Positions 1 through 12,645 of a stretch of DNA of 64,000 nucleotides are shown here, piece by piece (positions within the stretch are counted from its first letter, which is position 1; each line of letters opens with the position of its first letter). The DNA comes from Rhizodiscina lignyota (Eukaryota): assembly GCA_010015805.1 (NCBI GenBank), contig ML978125.1, positions 1,674,001 through 1,738,000 on the forward strand, in the 5' to 3' direction. The position numbers and the translations under genes are program-made. The notes below the pieces were generated by a model. That model saw nothing but the letters and a program-made list of their open reading frames with translations, had not been told where the DNA came from and searched no databases.

Positions 1-192
1 GACTTCTTCCAATACTCCAGCTCGCTGAAGTTCGTAGCATGCTGGGGCGGCATAATGAGATGCTCGGGGATTCTTATCCAGTTCTGTTGTCATCTCCAGA
101 AGCTCGACTGAAATGCCAGCACGGGCAAGCATGAGAGCCAGCAGAAGTCCAGATGGCCCCGCACCAACTATCAGAATCTTTGATATTGCCAT
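1..192 (-). CDS. FAD-dependent monooxygenase (FAD_binding_3 / aromatic hydroxylase-like), 5' part only; runs off the left edge
   Basis: Manual translation from ATG at 192: MAISKILIVGAGPSGLLLALMLARAGISVELLEMTTELDKNPRASHY, with a GAGPSGL dinucleotide-binding motif and the downstream PRA motif. Confidence 0.85.
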   Translation of the reverse strand, partial: MAISKILIVGAGPSGLLLALMLARAGISVELLEMTTELDKNPRASHYAAPACYELQRAGVLEEV

Positions 193-636
193 TGCGAATC
201 CAAGACCAGCTCTTTAAAAATTATAGTTCTGAATACAGTCTATGAGAGACTGAACACACGATGAAAGGCGGACAAATATGAGATAAATGAGTGCATCAGT
301 AATAGTCAACTACTCGATTTGGATAGGCCTGGTCGTCAGCGTGAACTTCATTGCATTTTTCCTCCTGTGGAACATCCACCCAAAAGCCGTTGGGAATCTT
401 TTCGACCGTTCAACGAAACTTCTGGTTTGAGGAGCGTGTGGGGATAATCAGTGTGGGGTATGCGGGGGCGGGGTACCATGTGGGTACCTATCCACCTAGA
501 ATGTGGGTGGCCCCGTACCCTGTCATACCGAACATGGGTGGCCATGCGCTCGAAAACTTGGCTGAGCCGCAAGACAGAAAGGTGCGCAGTTCCAACCGTT
601 GATGACCTAGTACATCATATAATTCATGTTTACTTT

Positions 637-2235
637 CTACAATTGGCATTGGCTCTGCAATCTGTTGATTTTATCATGTGTCTCCACAAATTTCTTATAG
701 TTCGGGAAGAGCTCATTTGGATCCCATTTCGCTCGGATTCGTAGGAAGCGCGCCAATGCGGTGTCAGACATCACTTTCATCTATGAACTGGATTAGCTGG
801 ATCATACTGCCGGGGTAGTCTTAGTGCTGAACTTACGTTTGCGTCATCGCAGGTAATATCATAATCAGCAACGTACATTCCACATGCTACGGACGACAGT
901 CGCTTGTACCGCTCTCTCATCGGCCGATAGATCGAAGGCTGAAGGGTAGGGTCTTTCCATCCTGTAAAGGTGCTGATGTATTTTTGCTGTGGTAAGCTAA
1001 ACGCTGCATCTTCCTCATCCGCTTCGATGTCTGCGATGCAAATGAAAGAAGAAGAACTTCGCGTTGGAAGCTGGCAGACGGCGGGCTTGATAGCTTCAAT
1101 CAACTACTTGCTAATCAGTATGGAGGGCCTTGGGATCTTAAAGGCCGCTTCCCTGTTCACTGGACACTAGAGATCTGGGACTCACACGCTCTATAGGGAC
1201 GGAGGGATCGTTCAAAATGCTGTTGATCTGCCAGCACTGTCCATTGCCCGATCCGCAGTACTCGTCTTGCATCTCCCACACTTTGTCCCAAGTTCTCTTT
1301 TCAACCGGTCTTTCCTCTAGAAGGCATGCTCGCAGCTCCGTGGGAATGTCGGTGTAAGCTCCTAATATTGTTTGCGCCTCTCGTTGTGTGTCACTGTAGG
1401 CCATGAGGAAAACTCCGAGGAGCAACTTCGCATCTCTGGAAACTTCGTCTGTAGCGCTCGGTGTGAACTTCTCGTCATAGAACGTCGCTATGTTCAAATC
1501 CGTCCCGAACTTCGGTGTCGCTTTGGCTCTGTCGAAGGCCCACGTCAATAACCCCTCAAACTTATCGCGAACTTCAAAGATCATCACCCTCTCCCACATC
1601 TGACTTGCAGGAATCGTTCGACCCCAGAACTTGGTGACGACGCCAAAGAATCCCGTCCCGCTTCCCCTTGCCGCCCAAAACACGTCTTGATTTTCCGTCC
1701 TGCTTGCTATCACGGCCTGTCCGTTTGGCATGACGATCTCCATCCTCGTAATCCACTGTTGGCAGGTCGCTCCCCAGCCTCGCATGAACCATCCTTGGCC
1801 CCCTGCAAGCAAGAATCCGCCCTCAGCAACCGTTGGTGCGTGGCCATGGGGGAAGAACCGTGCAATGCTGCTGAGCTTCTCAGCGAGCTCTTTGACGCGG
1901 ACAGCGGGCCCAAAACATATTTCTTGAGTGACCTTGTCATATTCGATAGCTCGATTGAGGTCTGTTGTATCAACCAATACCCCGTCATGCACCAGGGCTC
2001 CACAGGGGAACAGATGCCCGCCAGATCGAACGCCAACAGGAACCTTAAGCGCGGCAGCGCGTTTTAAGGCCATTGAGACATCTGATACCGAGCGGACAAC
2101 ATGAATCTCTCTCGGGTAACGCGAGGGAGTATCAGAGTTGGCATTTTGGCGGCGACAGCGTTCATAGTCTTCGCTGCCACGCTGTAGAACCTTGCTGGAG
2201 TAGTGAGGATGAATATCATAGTCGTATACTGCCAT
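637..2235 (-). CDS. FAD-linked oxidoreductase, berberine-bridge-enzyme/VAO-like (3 exons)
   Basis: ORF 1138..2235 has VGVRSGGH and GGFLLAGGQG...FWAARGSGTGFFGVVT. Introns ~1104-1185 and ~781-836. Last exon reads ...RFLRIRAKWDPNELF (BBE C-terminal motif), stop at 637-639. Confidence 0.85.
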
Positions 2236-2570
2236 AATTAATGGAATGGCGAGAGAAATGGGGATAATGACTTCAGAAAATCAATCAAGAGATGTATGAG
2301 ATTATCTACCTTTAGACGAACCAGCGACGAAGTACAGATACATCATTGAGCACAGACTTGCCCAGTCTCAGCTCCGTTACTCACGGTCTCCCCGATGTGG
2401 GACATGTGGGGTGTTGTGTGAAAAAAGCGTTTTCTAAAATCTTCTCAAAGCAATTCAGTACGTAGCCTCCTCGCCGTATTCCTTCCCATCAATCGAGAGG
2501 CCGGTCGAGCAGAAGAACGGGCAAAATTACGTCCCCATACTAACTTGTAACAAGCCAGTTTTGAAAGTAT

Positions 2571-3562
2571 TCATAATGTGATATATGACGGACGTGGCTG
2601 GTCGTCAGACATATCCGCGACAGCAGTCCAATGCACACCCACTTTTGTTTGCTCTTCTGCTTCGTCTGAAATTGCAATTGCAAGGTCAGCGACCGAGATT
2701 CCTTGTAGTCGATCGTTGAACTCTTCGTACTCTCCTCTTGCAGCTCCAGCCTTTTTGGGTTCAAGTGGTAGCGTGTCTACTATCACTTCATATGTTCCTG
2801 TCCGTTTGCCAGGGCGATATCGGGCGGAAGGAGAAACGAAACTCCAACGGAAAGAAGTATTGCCGTTGAAGAACATGAAGCTTGTACGGGCACCAGTAAT
2901 GAAATCCGACGCAGGGTCGCCATTCAGAACAGCATCTTCGTAGTCTCGTATAAGCTGACGCGTCTGCTCTGTGCCTCTTCCTTCGCGTTCTGCAATTCGA
3001 GCGTTCCGGAAAGCTCTCAGAGATGCGCCAATGGAGCCTAACCGCTCTTCCATGTAAACGGTATGAGCTTCACTATCAGCAATGGCCCGGCGGTATGCTA
3101 GCCAGAATCGCATATCTTCGCTGGCGGTTCGAAGTGGTCTGTCGGGCATCTCCAAACTGCCTGTGCCTCCAATCATGATGAAATGCCCTACTTTGGCAGC
3201 TTTAGTGGCGATGATGATTTTACGCGTCAGTTCCAAGAATGGCTCTACCATTTGATGAGACCATGAGCTTGTTATATCGTTGAAACGTACATACTGTACT
3301 GTAAAGCTTCAACGCCGGCAGTATGCGGTCCATACTCATTGATGAGTACGTCAAGCCCATGAAACACACCCACAAGATCTTCCACAGGCGTGGCATTGAG
3401 ATCCACTGATTTAGAACTGTAGTTGTCGTGTTTGCCGAGTTTTTCAGGGCTTCGTGAGATGCCCACGACATGATGGCCACGTTGCAGAAGTTCGACGCAG
3501 AGGTAGGAGCCTCCGAAGCCTGTTGGGCCTAACACTCCAATTGTTAGCGGTTTGGTAACCAT
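2571..3562 (-). CDS. NAD(P)-binding Rossmann-fold protein (atypical SDR / flavin-reductase-like), 2 exons
   Basis: N-terminal GVLGPTGFGG motif in ORF 3272..3562, joined via a GTATGT intron to ORF 2571..3251 (IMIGGTGSL, WSFVSP, ISVADLAIAI). Confidence 0.85.
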
Positions 3563-3767
3563 ATTTGCGAATGTCCTCAGACCTACCTTGGGGGTGGAAT
3601 ATCTGTCATATCTATTCTACGGAGTATGTAGTTCAAGACGTGCCCCACTAATATCCCACAGCGCCCCACGCGTTTCCCTGTCGGCAGTTCAGACTCCTGC
3701 GGCAGTTGTGGAGATTGAAAAGCACAGCGCTGATGTCAGTGGCGCTCAAAAAGGGGTAAGCGATTCG

Positions 3768-4891
3768 TCACGGCCTCTCCCCTTGTCGCACTCGAGACAA
3801 CCATTCGCTTTTCATCTGCGCTGACAGCAACGAAATCAAAACATCGTCTTTTGCGCTTTTCATCCATTCGATATCGTGCGCTAGAGCTATATGCATCTTG
3901 AAATCATGTTCTCCTCTCCGAAGCCGCGCGATTGTCTCTCTCGCCGCGGCTATGTCTGAGTGCAGACTCATCATCTCACCATCTGGGAGTTGGAAGATAG
4001 CAATGTCCTCTTCGCCTTCCAAGATCGCACTTTATTCACAAGAGTTAGAGCTTGGCTTCCCATCTCGATGGTTTCTCACCGTGAATGGCAACAATCGCTG
4101 CCCAAGACAACCCATGAATCACTCCCCTCGACCTTGACGGCAGCGCAAAGATTTCCAGGCATATGCCCCGGCGCTTGAATTATCCAAACGCTGCCATCTC
4201 CGAAGAAATCCATAGCGTTATGAAAGGGATCGAATTTTTTCCATGGACCTTCCAGCTCGCTCCAAGGTTCTGTAGCTCGTCCGTCAATATCGAAAAACCT
4301 GCCATCCCATTGGACATTGCTTGATGCTTCGCCATTCTCCAAGTGTCCCGGCGAACAATGCCTCTTAGTTCCAGGACCGAAATAGGCCCTTGCATTTGGG
4401 AACTCTTTAGTGAAGGGCCGGCAATGGTCCCAATGCGCATGGCTGCGATAAAATGAGGAGCAGTTACTAGACCAAGGAATTTCGTGCGACATACCTGAAA
4501 ATAACGGTATCGACCTGCTTCGGCTCTACACCACGATCTCTCAATTGCTCCTGAAGCGTCTGACGTGGACCTATGGCCTCGACTTCATCATACATTGGAA
4601 GAACCCAGGGCGTGTAGAGCGTTCTGTCCTAGTTCATTGGCATTTGTCAGCCCAGCTCCTTGCTGGAACAAAAAATTGACGCACTGAGCTTATTCCCAGA
4701 TCCCATAGGATATTGCGGCCTGAATTTCGATGCTGGATCAAGAAACACCAATCGTAGAGGCGAATTTCACCATGACGTCCGTTATGCAATTTGGCTATAT
4801 CCGCTTTTCCGAAGCTACCGCCATCGAGGAGGTGTACTCGGACAGATGCGTTTGCTACGGGTAGCGTTCTGCCTTCTCGCTGCGACGACAT
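3768..4891 (-). CDS. Metallo-beta-lactamase-fold hydrolase (AHL-lactonase-like), 4 exons
   Basis: SHAHWDH (HxHxDH), DFFGDGS...APGHMPG, GSDCCH and a C-terminal LAHD across ORFs 4634..4909, 4076..4492 and 3768..4022. ATG at 4891. Confidence 0.85.
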
Positions 4892-5145
4892 CGAGGCATT
4901 CTTTGACACAAGTACTCCAGTTCTTCGACCGAAGTCTTATTCTTTTCATTCCGCAAACCTCCTTTGATTCTCGATTGACAAATTAACAACTGCCGAGCTG
5001 TTGTGGGGTAAGTGGGGGAGGGGTGGAAGAGGTCATTCCCAAAGCTGTGCGGACTTGCGATGATCGAGAAGTTATTCGGAATATTTCGTCTTTGAGGAAC
5101 GGAGTCACAAAGAAGTTCACGGAGTTAATTGAGACTTCAAGCAGC

Positions 5146-6345
5146 ATGGAGAATAACGTTGGTTTCATCGGTACGTCATATAACTTCATTTGCTACTGGG
5201 TCACTAACGTCAACAGGTATTGGAGCTATGGGGTTTGAAATGGCCATGAATGTGCGGAAGAAGTTGCCCAAGGCATATGCGATGTACATCTACGATATCC
5301 ATGAACCCGCATGTTATCGATTCAAAGAACAGTTCGAGGCGGACTTCGGCGCTGTGCATATTGCATCATCACCGAAACATGTTGCCGAAAACGCTCATAC
5401 AATCATATCCATAGTACCTTCTGGCGTTCAAGTCCGAGAAATTTACCTTGATTCTCAGCATGGTGTTGCCGCCGCAAAAAGTTCCGACTCTGAAAGCAAT
5501 GCCGAAAGACTCTACGTTGAAAGTAGTACGATTGATATCGAAACAGCGAAATATGTCAGTGAACAGTTATACGAAATGGGCATGGGATATTATGTCGATG
5601 CCCCAGTTTCGGCACGTGCATATTCAATATGTTAAGAAGATCCTTGCTAATTTGCAAAGGGAGGTGTTCCAGCGGCAACAAAAGGAGATCTCTCATTCAT
5701 GATGGGGGCTCCAAAGCCTTCAAAACCTTCGGAGAGAACGAATGGTACTGAATCAACTCCTCTCAACGATCGGCAAATACCTCCAGAGATCTCAGCACGA
5801 CTTCAACAGATCACTGCCTTCATGGGTGATGTCTCCAAGGTTTTCTACTGTGGCGCTCCTGGTTCTGGACTCGCGGCGAAACTAGCAAACAACTACATCT
5901 CATGTACAATATGCCTTGCCAACGCCGAGGCCATGGCGCTAGGCATCAAGCTTGGTGTCGACAAGAATACACTATTTGAAATCATCGAGAAATCAACAGG
6001 GCAAAATTTCATGTTACACCATGTATGCCCTGTGCCAGGAGTGGTACCGACAGCACCGAGTAGCAACGGATATAGACTTGGCTTTAAAGCCCAAATGCTG
6101 TCAAAAGATGTCCGTTTGGCGGCAGATGCGGCAAGGAGTGTGGGTCTACAGCCGACGATTGGGGATGCGGCGTTGAGCGTATTTGATCGGCTTGGAATGG
6201 ATGAGCGCTATCGTGTAAGTCTTGCCACCGCATTTGTTCATTTGTTCCTTATCTCTTTCTTCGAGTTTAAGATGCTCACTGTTCCTCCTCGAAACAGGAC
6301 AAAGATGGGTCCATTGTTTACAAATTTATTGGTGGAACTGAGTAA
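5146..6345 (+). CDS. 3-hydroxyisobutyrate dehydrogenase / 6PGD-family NAD-binding dehydrogenase (4 exons)
   Basis: MENNVGFI|GIGAMG, ESSTID, VDAPVS|GG, GSGLAAKLANNY, LSKDVRLA. Introns at ~5171, ~5612 and ~6215. Last exon DKDGSIVYKFIGGTE*. Confidence 0.85.
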
Positions 6346-6414
6346 AATTTCAGGAAATACAATCGAAGCCGCAAGCTGCTGCCTTTCCGCCTGCGGTCAT
6401 ATCTGCCACTACCC

Positions 6415-8127
6415 TCACTGCATAGATTCTTCAGTGAGCAAATCATCCTGTTTCTGTTCCTGCTTTCGATACTGGATCCCCACCCTCTCTGCCTCATTAA
6501 AGGCGTCTCTGATGATCCTTGCATGGCCCTCACTTCTTGGAGTAATGCTGCATTCGAACGGCTTCGGCACGCTCATGAATCCCGGGACCATTTTGGTCTC
6601 GGGTTCTATCAGATTTCCACTCTCGTCAGTTTTTTTCCTGATATCAAATCCCCACAAAGTGCGCGCCGCGTTAATAAACAAGCTGCGCTCCGCGACATGA
6701 ACACCAGGACAAACTCGACGACCCGCCCCGTATGCGAAGTGATCACGTTCATACGGATCACTAACATTTATATATTCAGCTGCTGGCTGAGAGTGATTTA
6801 GGTATCTCTCCGGCTTGAAGGTATCTGGTTCGGGGTAGCGTTCCTGATCATAGTGAATAGCCCTTTGTACCGATTGAAGTCAGCATGTGATCACATGGTC
6901 TATTAAGAGAAACACTAACCACCAGCTAATAGTCACTATACTCCCCTTGGGTATAAAATAACCTTTATACCAGTCATCTTCCGAGGTGGCATGAGACATT
7001 CCGAATTGATTCAATGGGCGCCAGCGGAGCGTTTCCTTTATCATGGCTCGCAGATACGGCAAGTTCTTTTCATCGGACCATGTCGGCAATCTTTCACATC
7101 CCACTACTCGGTCTAGCTCTTCTTGCGCTTTCTGCACGACTCTTGGATTGAGAGTCATGGCAAGGAGGAAGTTATTCAGTGTTATCGCGGTCGTTTCACT
7201 TCCAGCCTCTATCAATCCGCCAGCAGCGTACGCAGACTGCTCTTCGTCAATACCCCATTTGACCGGATTCTTGACGTAAAAGTCTCGGCAGTAGCATGGC
7301 GGCGCCACTCCTTTGTCTGCTTTCTCTTTCAAGTCCCGCCACAGTTCGAGGTAGACCTTGGAGTCGTGCTCATGAACGCGCTTCCCAAAATCACGCCAGT
7401 TGCCAAAGAAGCGTTGCGGCAAGTACTGGAGAGACGGGAAAGTATCGACAATGAATGCACCCGGCGCTGTCATTTCCGTGAAAGTGTCCAGGACGCTGTA
7501 TACTTTCTTGACCAACGGATGATCCCAGGTTGGCAGTCGATATCCGTACGTCACAAGCGAAATAACGCTAACTGTATAACGCCTGTTATGTCGATAGAAG
7601 TCCTCTGGAGAGTCCAGAAGATCCCGCATCAATTGTTTGGACTCGAAATCTTGAACCGGTTCGTATGTGGCTGCCGTAGGCGCGTTCAATGCTCCGTGGC
7701 TGAGCTTGCGGATGCTTCGCCATTGGGGACCGTACTCCATAAATAGCTGCCTCTTCTTATTGCTGGCTACATCTTGTGCGAGCGGCAATGGCGGTCGTGA
7801 CGAGTATATGTTCGATCTCTTGTCCATGAGATCTTTGACGACGCGTGGAGAATTAAACCAAATGTAGTCGGCACCACCGATTTTGGTGTACACAATGTCT
7901 CCGTATTGGTTCGCCCATCGACAGACTATTTTTCGAAACTCATTTGAATCTGCTAGATCCAAAAGGTTGCCGATAAATGGCCAACCGGGCGGGCCTGGTG
8001 GCAGGTGTCGTCTACGTGAGTCCTTCAATGTTGACGGCGCAAAGTAGAAGTAGAAGCAAAACGGCACGAGGACTACGAAGAGTAAGGAAATAAATGCCCA
8101 TGACTTGAAAAACGGTGAGATATCCAT
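6415..8127 (-). CDS. Cytochrome P450 (2 exons)
   Basis: TM anchor, PPGP, AGSETT (I-helix), ETLR. Exon 2, translated manually, has PERY and HFAYGAGRRVCPG (heme Cys). Confidence 0.93.
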
Positions 8128-8545
8128 TTGCGCAATATGTTGACAAGCGAATGCACCAGTTTGTTACATGGACCGATATGGCACAACCCACGTATGGTGT
8201 AACAACAGGACAGAGGCACACAGCTCATTCATCTCGGCGTCAAATAAATCTGAGTCCAAGTACACCACAATGCCGGTAGACAGCTTCGCATGGGAATGCA
8301 TCCACCGCACTGTGGGGTAATCATGCTCAAGACGCCCGCTCTGTTCTGGCCAGCCACGGTCGATCTCATAGATCCCCCACATGCTCGGGCTTGCAGAGAC
8401 GACGAATGAAAAGAAGGCACAGAATTTCTGGCGTTTATTTTCCTACCTAATAGGCCTTTGCATTTCGATCTAGATACCAACATTACATTCACTGTGAGGC
8501 ATTTCAAGGCTCTACCCTTACCGACCAGAGAAACTTCACTCCTCT

Positions 8546-10281
8546 ATGATTTCCCTTCCCCTTTTGAGTGTGTTTGTGTTACTCGTCGTCCTCATATTTC
8601 GTGTATTGAAATGGCATCAGTCTCGCCAGCCACCGAAGGGACTACGTCCGGTACCTGGCCCCAAAGGTCTGCCATTCATTGGCAACATCCATCAGTTGAA
8701 ACCCCAGCCGCAGAGGCAAATGGAAGCATGGGCAAAAGAGTACGGCGAGCTGTTCCAGGTTCAGCTAGGATGGAACACTTGGGTGTACCTCTGCAGTCCA
8801 GAATCTGTGAAAGAGATTATGGACAGACAGTCAGCGAAATCGTCGTCTCGGACACCATCTCCCGTGGTTTCAGATTTAGTATCCGGAGGGATGCGATTCC
8901 TCTTCATGGAGAATAACGAGGTTTGGCGGAAGATTGGTACTATCGTGCACAAGCTGCTGTCCGCAAAGGCAACCAATACTTTCAAGCCGAGTCAGGAATT
9001 CGAAGCCAAACAGCTTGTCCATGATATCTTGACAAAAAACACGAATGAAATGGACTTCTATCAGCATGTACGGCGATATACGAGCTCCGTCGTAATGACA
9101 AGCACGTATGGGAAGCGCATCCCACGCTGGGTGAGAAACTCATATCCCGTTCACCAGAAGATGAGCTGGAAGCTAAATGAAACAATAGGAATGTGAGGAG
9201 ATCCGCGAAGTTTATCAAATAATGCATGAGTTCTCCGAATATGCTGGCCCTACCGCATGGTTGGCAGAGGCCTTCCCACCTCTTGCCAAGATCCCAATCT
9301 GGATGCAATGGTGGCGGAAAAGGGCGCTCGTCTACTATAAGAGACAGGAAAAGCTCTGGCTGAGATTGTTTAGAGAGCTCAAAGCCCAAATGGACGATGG
9401 CATAGCTCCGGAATGCTTCGTAAAACGTATGATGGAAAGCTCGTTTGAGAAGGAAGGAATCAGCGAGTTGCAAGCTGCTTTCCTTTGTGGATGTGAGTAA
9501 TTTCGAGAAGTTGAAGATCTTCTGTGTTCTGACAGTGTTAGCCATCATCGAAGCGGGTTCGGAGACGACTTCGTCAGCGCTTAATAGTTGCATCAAATAC
9601 TTGGGAGCCAATCCAACGGTGCAGAGCGCGGCTCACGAGGAGCTGGATCGTATGATCGGCGATGCACGAAGCCCTACATTTGAGGACGAAGAAAGCCTCC
9701 CATACATCCGAGCCATTGTAAAGGAGGTGCAACGCATAAGACCTGTCACCACAATTGGTACTCCGCACTACACGACAGAGGACATCCAGTACAGAGGCCG
9801 TTTCATTCCAAAGGGTACTGTCGTCTCAATATGTCAATACGCGATACATTTCGACCCCCGACAGTACGACGAGCCGAAAGAATTCAGGCCCGAGCGTTAC
9901 TTGAACTTTCCACTGAAGGCAGGGACGTATGCGGTACAAGCTGATCCGCGACAACGGGACCACTTCAGTTTTGGCGCAGGACGGCGGATCTGCCCTGGAA
10001 TGCATCTTGCTGAGAACAGCTTGTTTATAACAATCGCAAAGATCCTGTGGGCGTTCGAAATCCTCCCGCCGTCGGGGCTAGGCGATTGTTTCGACATCGA
10101 TGTTTCGGACGCTGCGTATCAGGACGGCGCAGACACCGTCCCTAAGCCATACAGGATGCGGTTCAAGCCACGAAACAGTACTATATATAAAACAATAGAG
10201 CAAGAGTGGAATGAAGCGGAACGAGGGGGATTCTATCTTGGGAATGTAAAGGTTGATAAGATGGGCATCGTCATTCCATAG
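8546..10281 (+). CDS. Cytochrome P450 (3 exons)
   Basis: TM anchor, PVPGP, AGSETTSS, EVQR, PERY, HFSFGAGRRICPG. Introns ~9131-9188 and ~9494-9541. Confidence 0.93.
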
Positions 10282-10831
10282 GTTCGACATCTACGCGTTC
10301 GATTTAGTGACTAGTCAAGCAGTACGCTGGAATCTGCAGTATCGTATACTTGTTCTGTTCTCGTTTCGTCTGTCCATGACGACATGCACGGTGAATTTTT
10401 GTGTTCGACTCGCAAGGGTGAACAATATGAAAATTTTGCCCAGGCGAATGAGATGAAAAGCTAACCGAGATCTTGCTTGGCGGTACCTAAGCCTAGGTGG
10501 GCTAAGGCCCCGGCTTAGCTGATCTCCGGGTGCGTGTCCCTTGGGCTTCTCCACACCCACAACTCCATCCAACTCTCCTTTACCCCACACCACGGAGATG
10601 GTCCCCACATCGGCACTTTTGATGTTTGGTGGAGATGCACGAATGGTATCTGCTTGAGTTGCAGAGTGGAGAGAGAGTATGGGGTAAGTGCCCCAGATTT
10701 GTTGCTATGTGAAGTGCAACATCCGTATATCAATAAAGTGGAGCCCCTTGCGCTGTGGGAAGCAGAACAACTTCATCTCCTTTTCTCTGAACATCTCCAG
10801 TCCGCTACTGTCAATTTTCTACTGTCTCGTC

Positions 10832-12499
10832 ATGGCTTTAGGCGTGTTAGAAGATCATGTCATGCAGCATGTCCCCGGCACAATTAATTTGGCCGAGAAA
10901 CACCAAGACGAAGTTCAACAACGAGGCCTGAAGCATGGTACGGGGTCTGCTTCACATATCGTTCTCGCGCCACAACCATCTGAAGATCCCAATGACCCCC
11001 TCAACTGGCCATATTCTAAGAAACTGGTAATCGTCTGCATCCTTGCATACGGCGCATGTCTTCTCGCCAGCACGTTCGGTCCTCTCCTTAGTGCAGGAAC
11101 TGCCGTTGTTGCCATCGACCTCAATACAACCATTGCCGACGTAACGAAGCTTTCCGGGTATCAGCTTTTAGTTGCAGGATGCTCCGGACCATTCGTCTTG
11201 GCTTTCTCGAGAAAGTATGGAAAGCGGCCCGTACTTCTGTACTCATCCATCATGGGACTCATAGGCACTATCGTCGGCTCGACAAGCAACTCTTACAACA
11301 CGTTGATGGCTGCTCGGATCATCCAAGGCTTCGCCATTCCGGCTAATGAATCCCTGATATTCTCAGTGCTTGCGGATATTTTCTTCGTACATCAACGCGG
11401 CCTTTTCACTTCCATTATGAGCTTTACACTCGGCGCCGTATCAAATCTGAGCTCCGTTATCTGCGGCCCTATAACCAACAGTTTGGGCTGGCACTACTTG
11501 TTCCATATTATGAACGCCTGTCTTGGATTCCAGTTAATACTACTATTTCTCTTTGTGCCCGAAACGGCATACGAGCGCGATGCACGATACGAGATTGACG
11601 AAATCGCAGACGACAATCTCCAGGAGCTAGCGGAGAAAGAAGCCAAAGACCGCGAGAAGCTGAGGGTTCTCAAAGCGACGGAGCAGGTGGAGAAGTTGGA
11701 GACTAAGGATTCATTCATCCCGCCGCCGCCAAAGAAGACGTTCATCCAGGAGCTTGCTGTGTGGACTGGTACGCACAGCGACGAGAACCTCCTCCAACTT
11801 GTTGCTGGACCAATCATGTGCAATGTCAATATCGCAGCCTGTTGGATGGTCGTCATGACTGGCGCCATCTCCTCGTTCTACGTCTCGCAGTCCTATGTCG
11901 CCGCGCAGGTCTTTGCTTTCCCACCGTACAACCTCAATGCTGCTGGTGTCGGGTATCTCTTCCTGGGACCATTCCTCGGTGGTATGATTGCCTCAATCAT
12001 CCTCGGAGTGATAAGCGATCCGCTCATCCTCTGGTGTACGAATCGCAATCGGGGTATTTACGAACCGGAGTTTCGCCTCATTCCCATAATCCTCGGCGTG
12101 CTCGGCGGAGTTGGATTATTTGGATACGCAGCCTTGATACAAAACGGGGATAGCATGTATGCCGCTTCGGCACTGTGGGGTGTGACGTTGTGTGGCTTCA
12201 TAGGAATGCAGACGCCAGCATCAACCTATGTGATTGATGCTTACCGGGAGATGAGCTCGGAGATGTTCATTGCGAACATGATGTTCAAGAACTTCCTCTT
12301 CTACGGATATAGCTACTTTGTGAATAACTGGGCAGCAGCGAGCGGTCCTGGACAAGTCTTCTACGTTTGGGGAGGTGTAAGTTTCGCGTTGCTGCTGACC
12401 ACAATTCCTCTGTATGTGTTTGGGAAGAGATATAGGAGTTATTGGCATCGCCATAACTTGCTGAAGAAATTGGGTGTTCGGACTCATGCCGAATTTTGA
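10832..12499 (+). CDS. MFS transporter (DHA1/Hol1-like), intronless
   Basis: PQPSEDPNDPLNW motif, SRKYGKRP loop, about 12 hydrophobic segments, YEPEFRL. First plausible ATG (MALGVLED) at 10832. Confidence 0.9.
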   Translation: MALGVLEDHVMQHVPGTINLAEKHQDEVQQRGLKHGTGSASHIVLAPQPSEDPNDPLNWPYSKKLVIVCILAYGACLLASTFGPLLSAGTAVVAIDLNTTIADVTKLSGYQLLVAGCSGPFVLAFSRKYGKRPVLLYSSIMGLIGTIVGSTSNSYNTLMAARIIQGFAIPANESLIFSVLADIFFVHQRGLFTSIMSFTLGAVSNLSSVICGPITNSLGWHYLFHIMNACLGFQLILLFLFVPETAYERDARYEIDEIADDNLQELAEKEAKDREKLRVLKATEQVEKLETKDSFIPPPPKKTFIQELAVWTGTHSDENLLQLVAGPIMCNVNIAACWMVVMTGAISSFYVSQSYVAAQVFAFPPYNLNAAGVGYLFLGPFLGGMIASIILGVISDPLILWCTNRNRGIYEPEFRLIPIILGVLGGVGLFGYAALIQNGDSMYAASALWGVTLCGFIGMQTPASTYVIDAYREMSSEMFIANMMFKNFLFYGYSYFVNNWAAASGPGQVFYVWGGVSFALLLTTIPLYVFGKRYRSYWHRHNLLKKLGVRTHAEF

Positions 12500-12645
12500 T
12501 TCACCGTAGCTAATAGCACTGCTTTCCTCAAAAATTAGCTTTCATACTTCAGAGCCTTCATCGGACGCGTTCTCCTCTCTCATTTCGCACTGTTTAGGAA
12601 TTAAAACAATTCATGCTACCCTCATCTACACCCCGGATTATCACA

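Noticed and set aside
5699..6700. 333-aa ORF overlapping the P450 3' end
   Set aside because: Read-through of an intron (GTAAGT ~6215 to CAG 6297); the spliced gene stops at 6345.
10688..10831. 48-aa N-terminal extension of the MFS ORF
   Set aside because: Starts at GTG in promoter-like sequence; the typical family start MALGVLED is at 10832.
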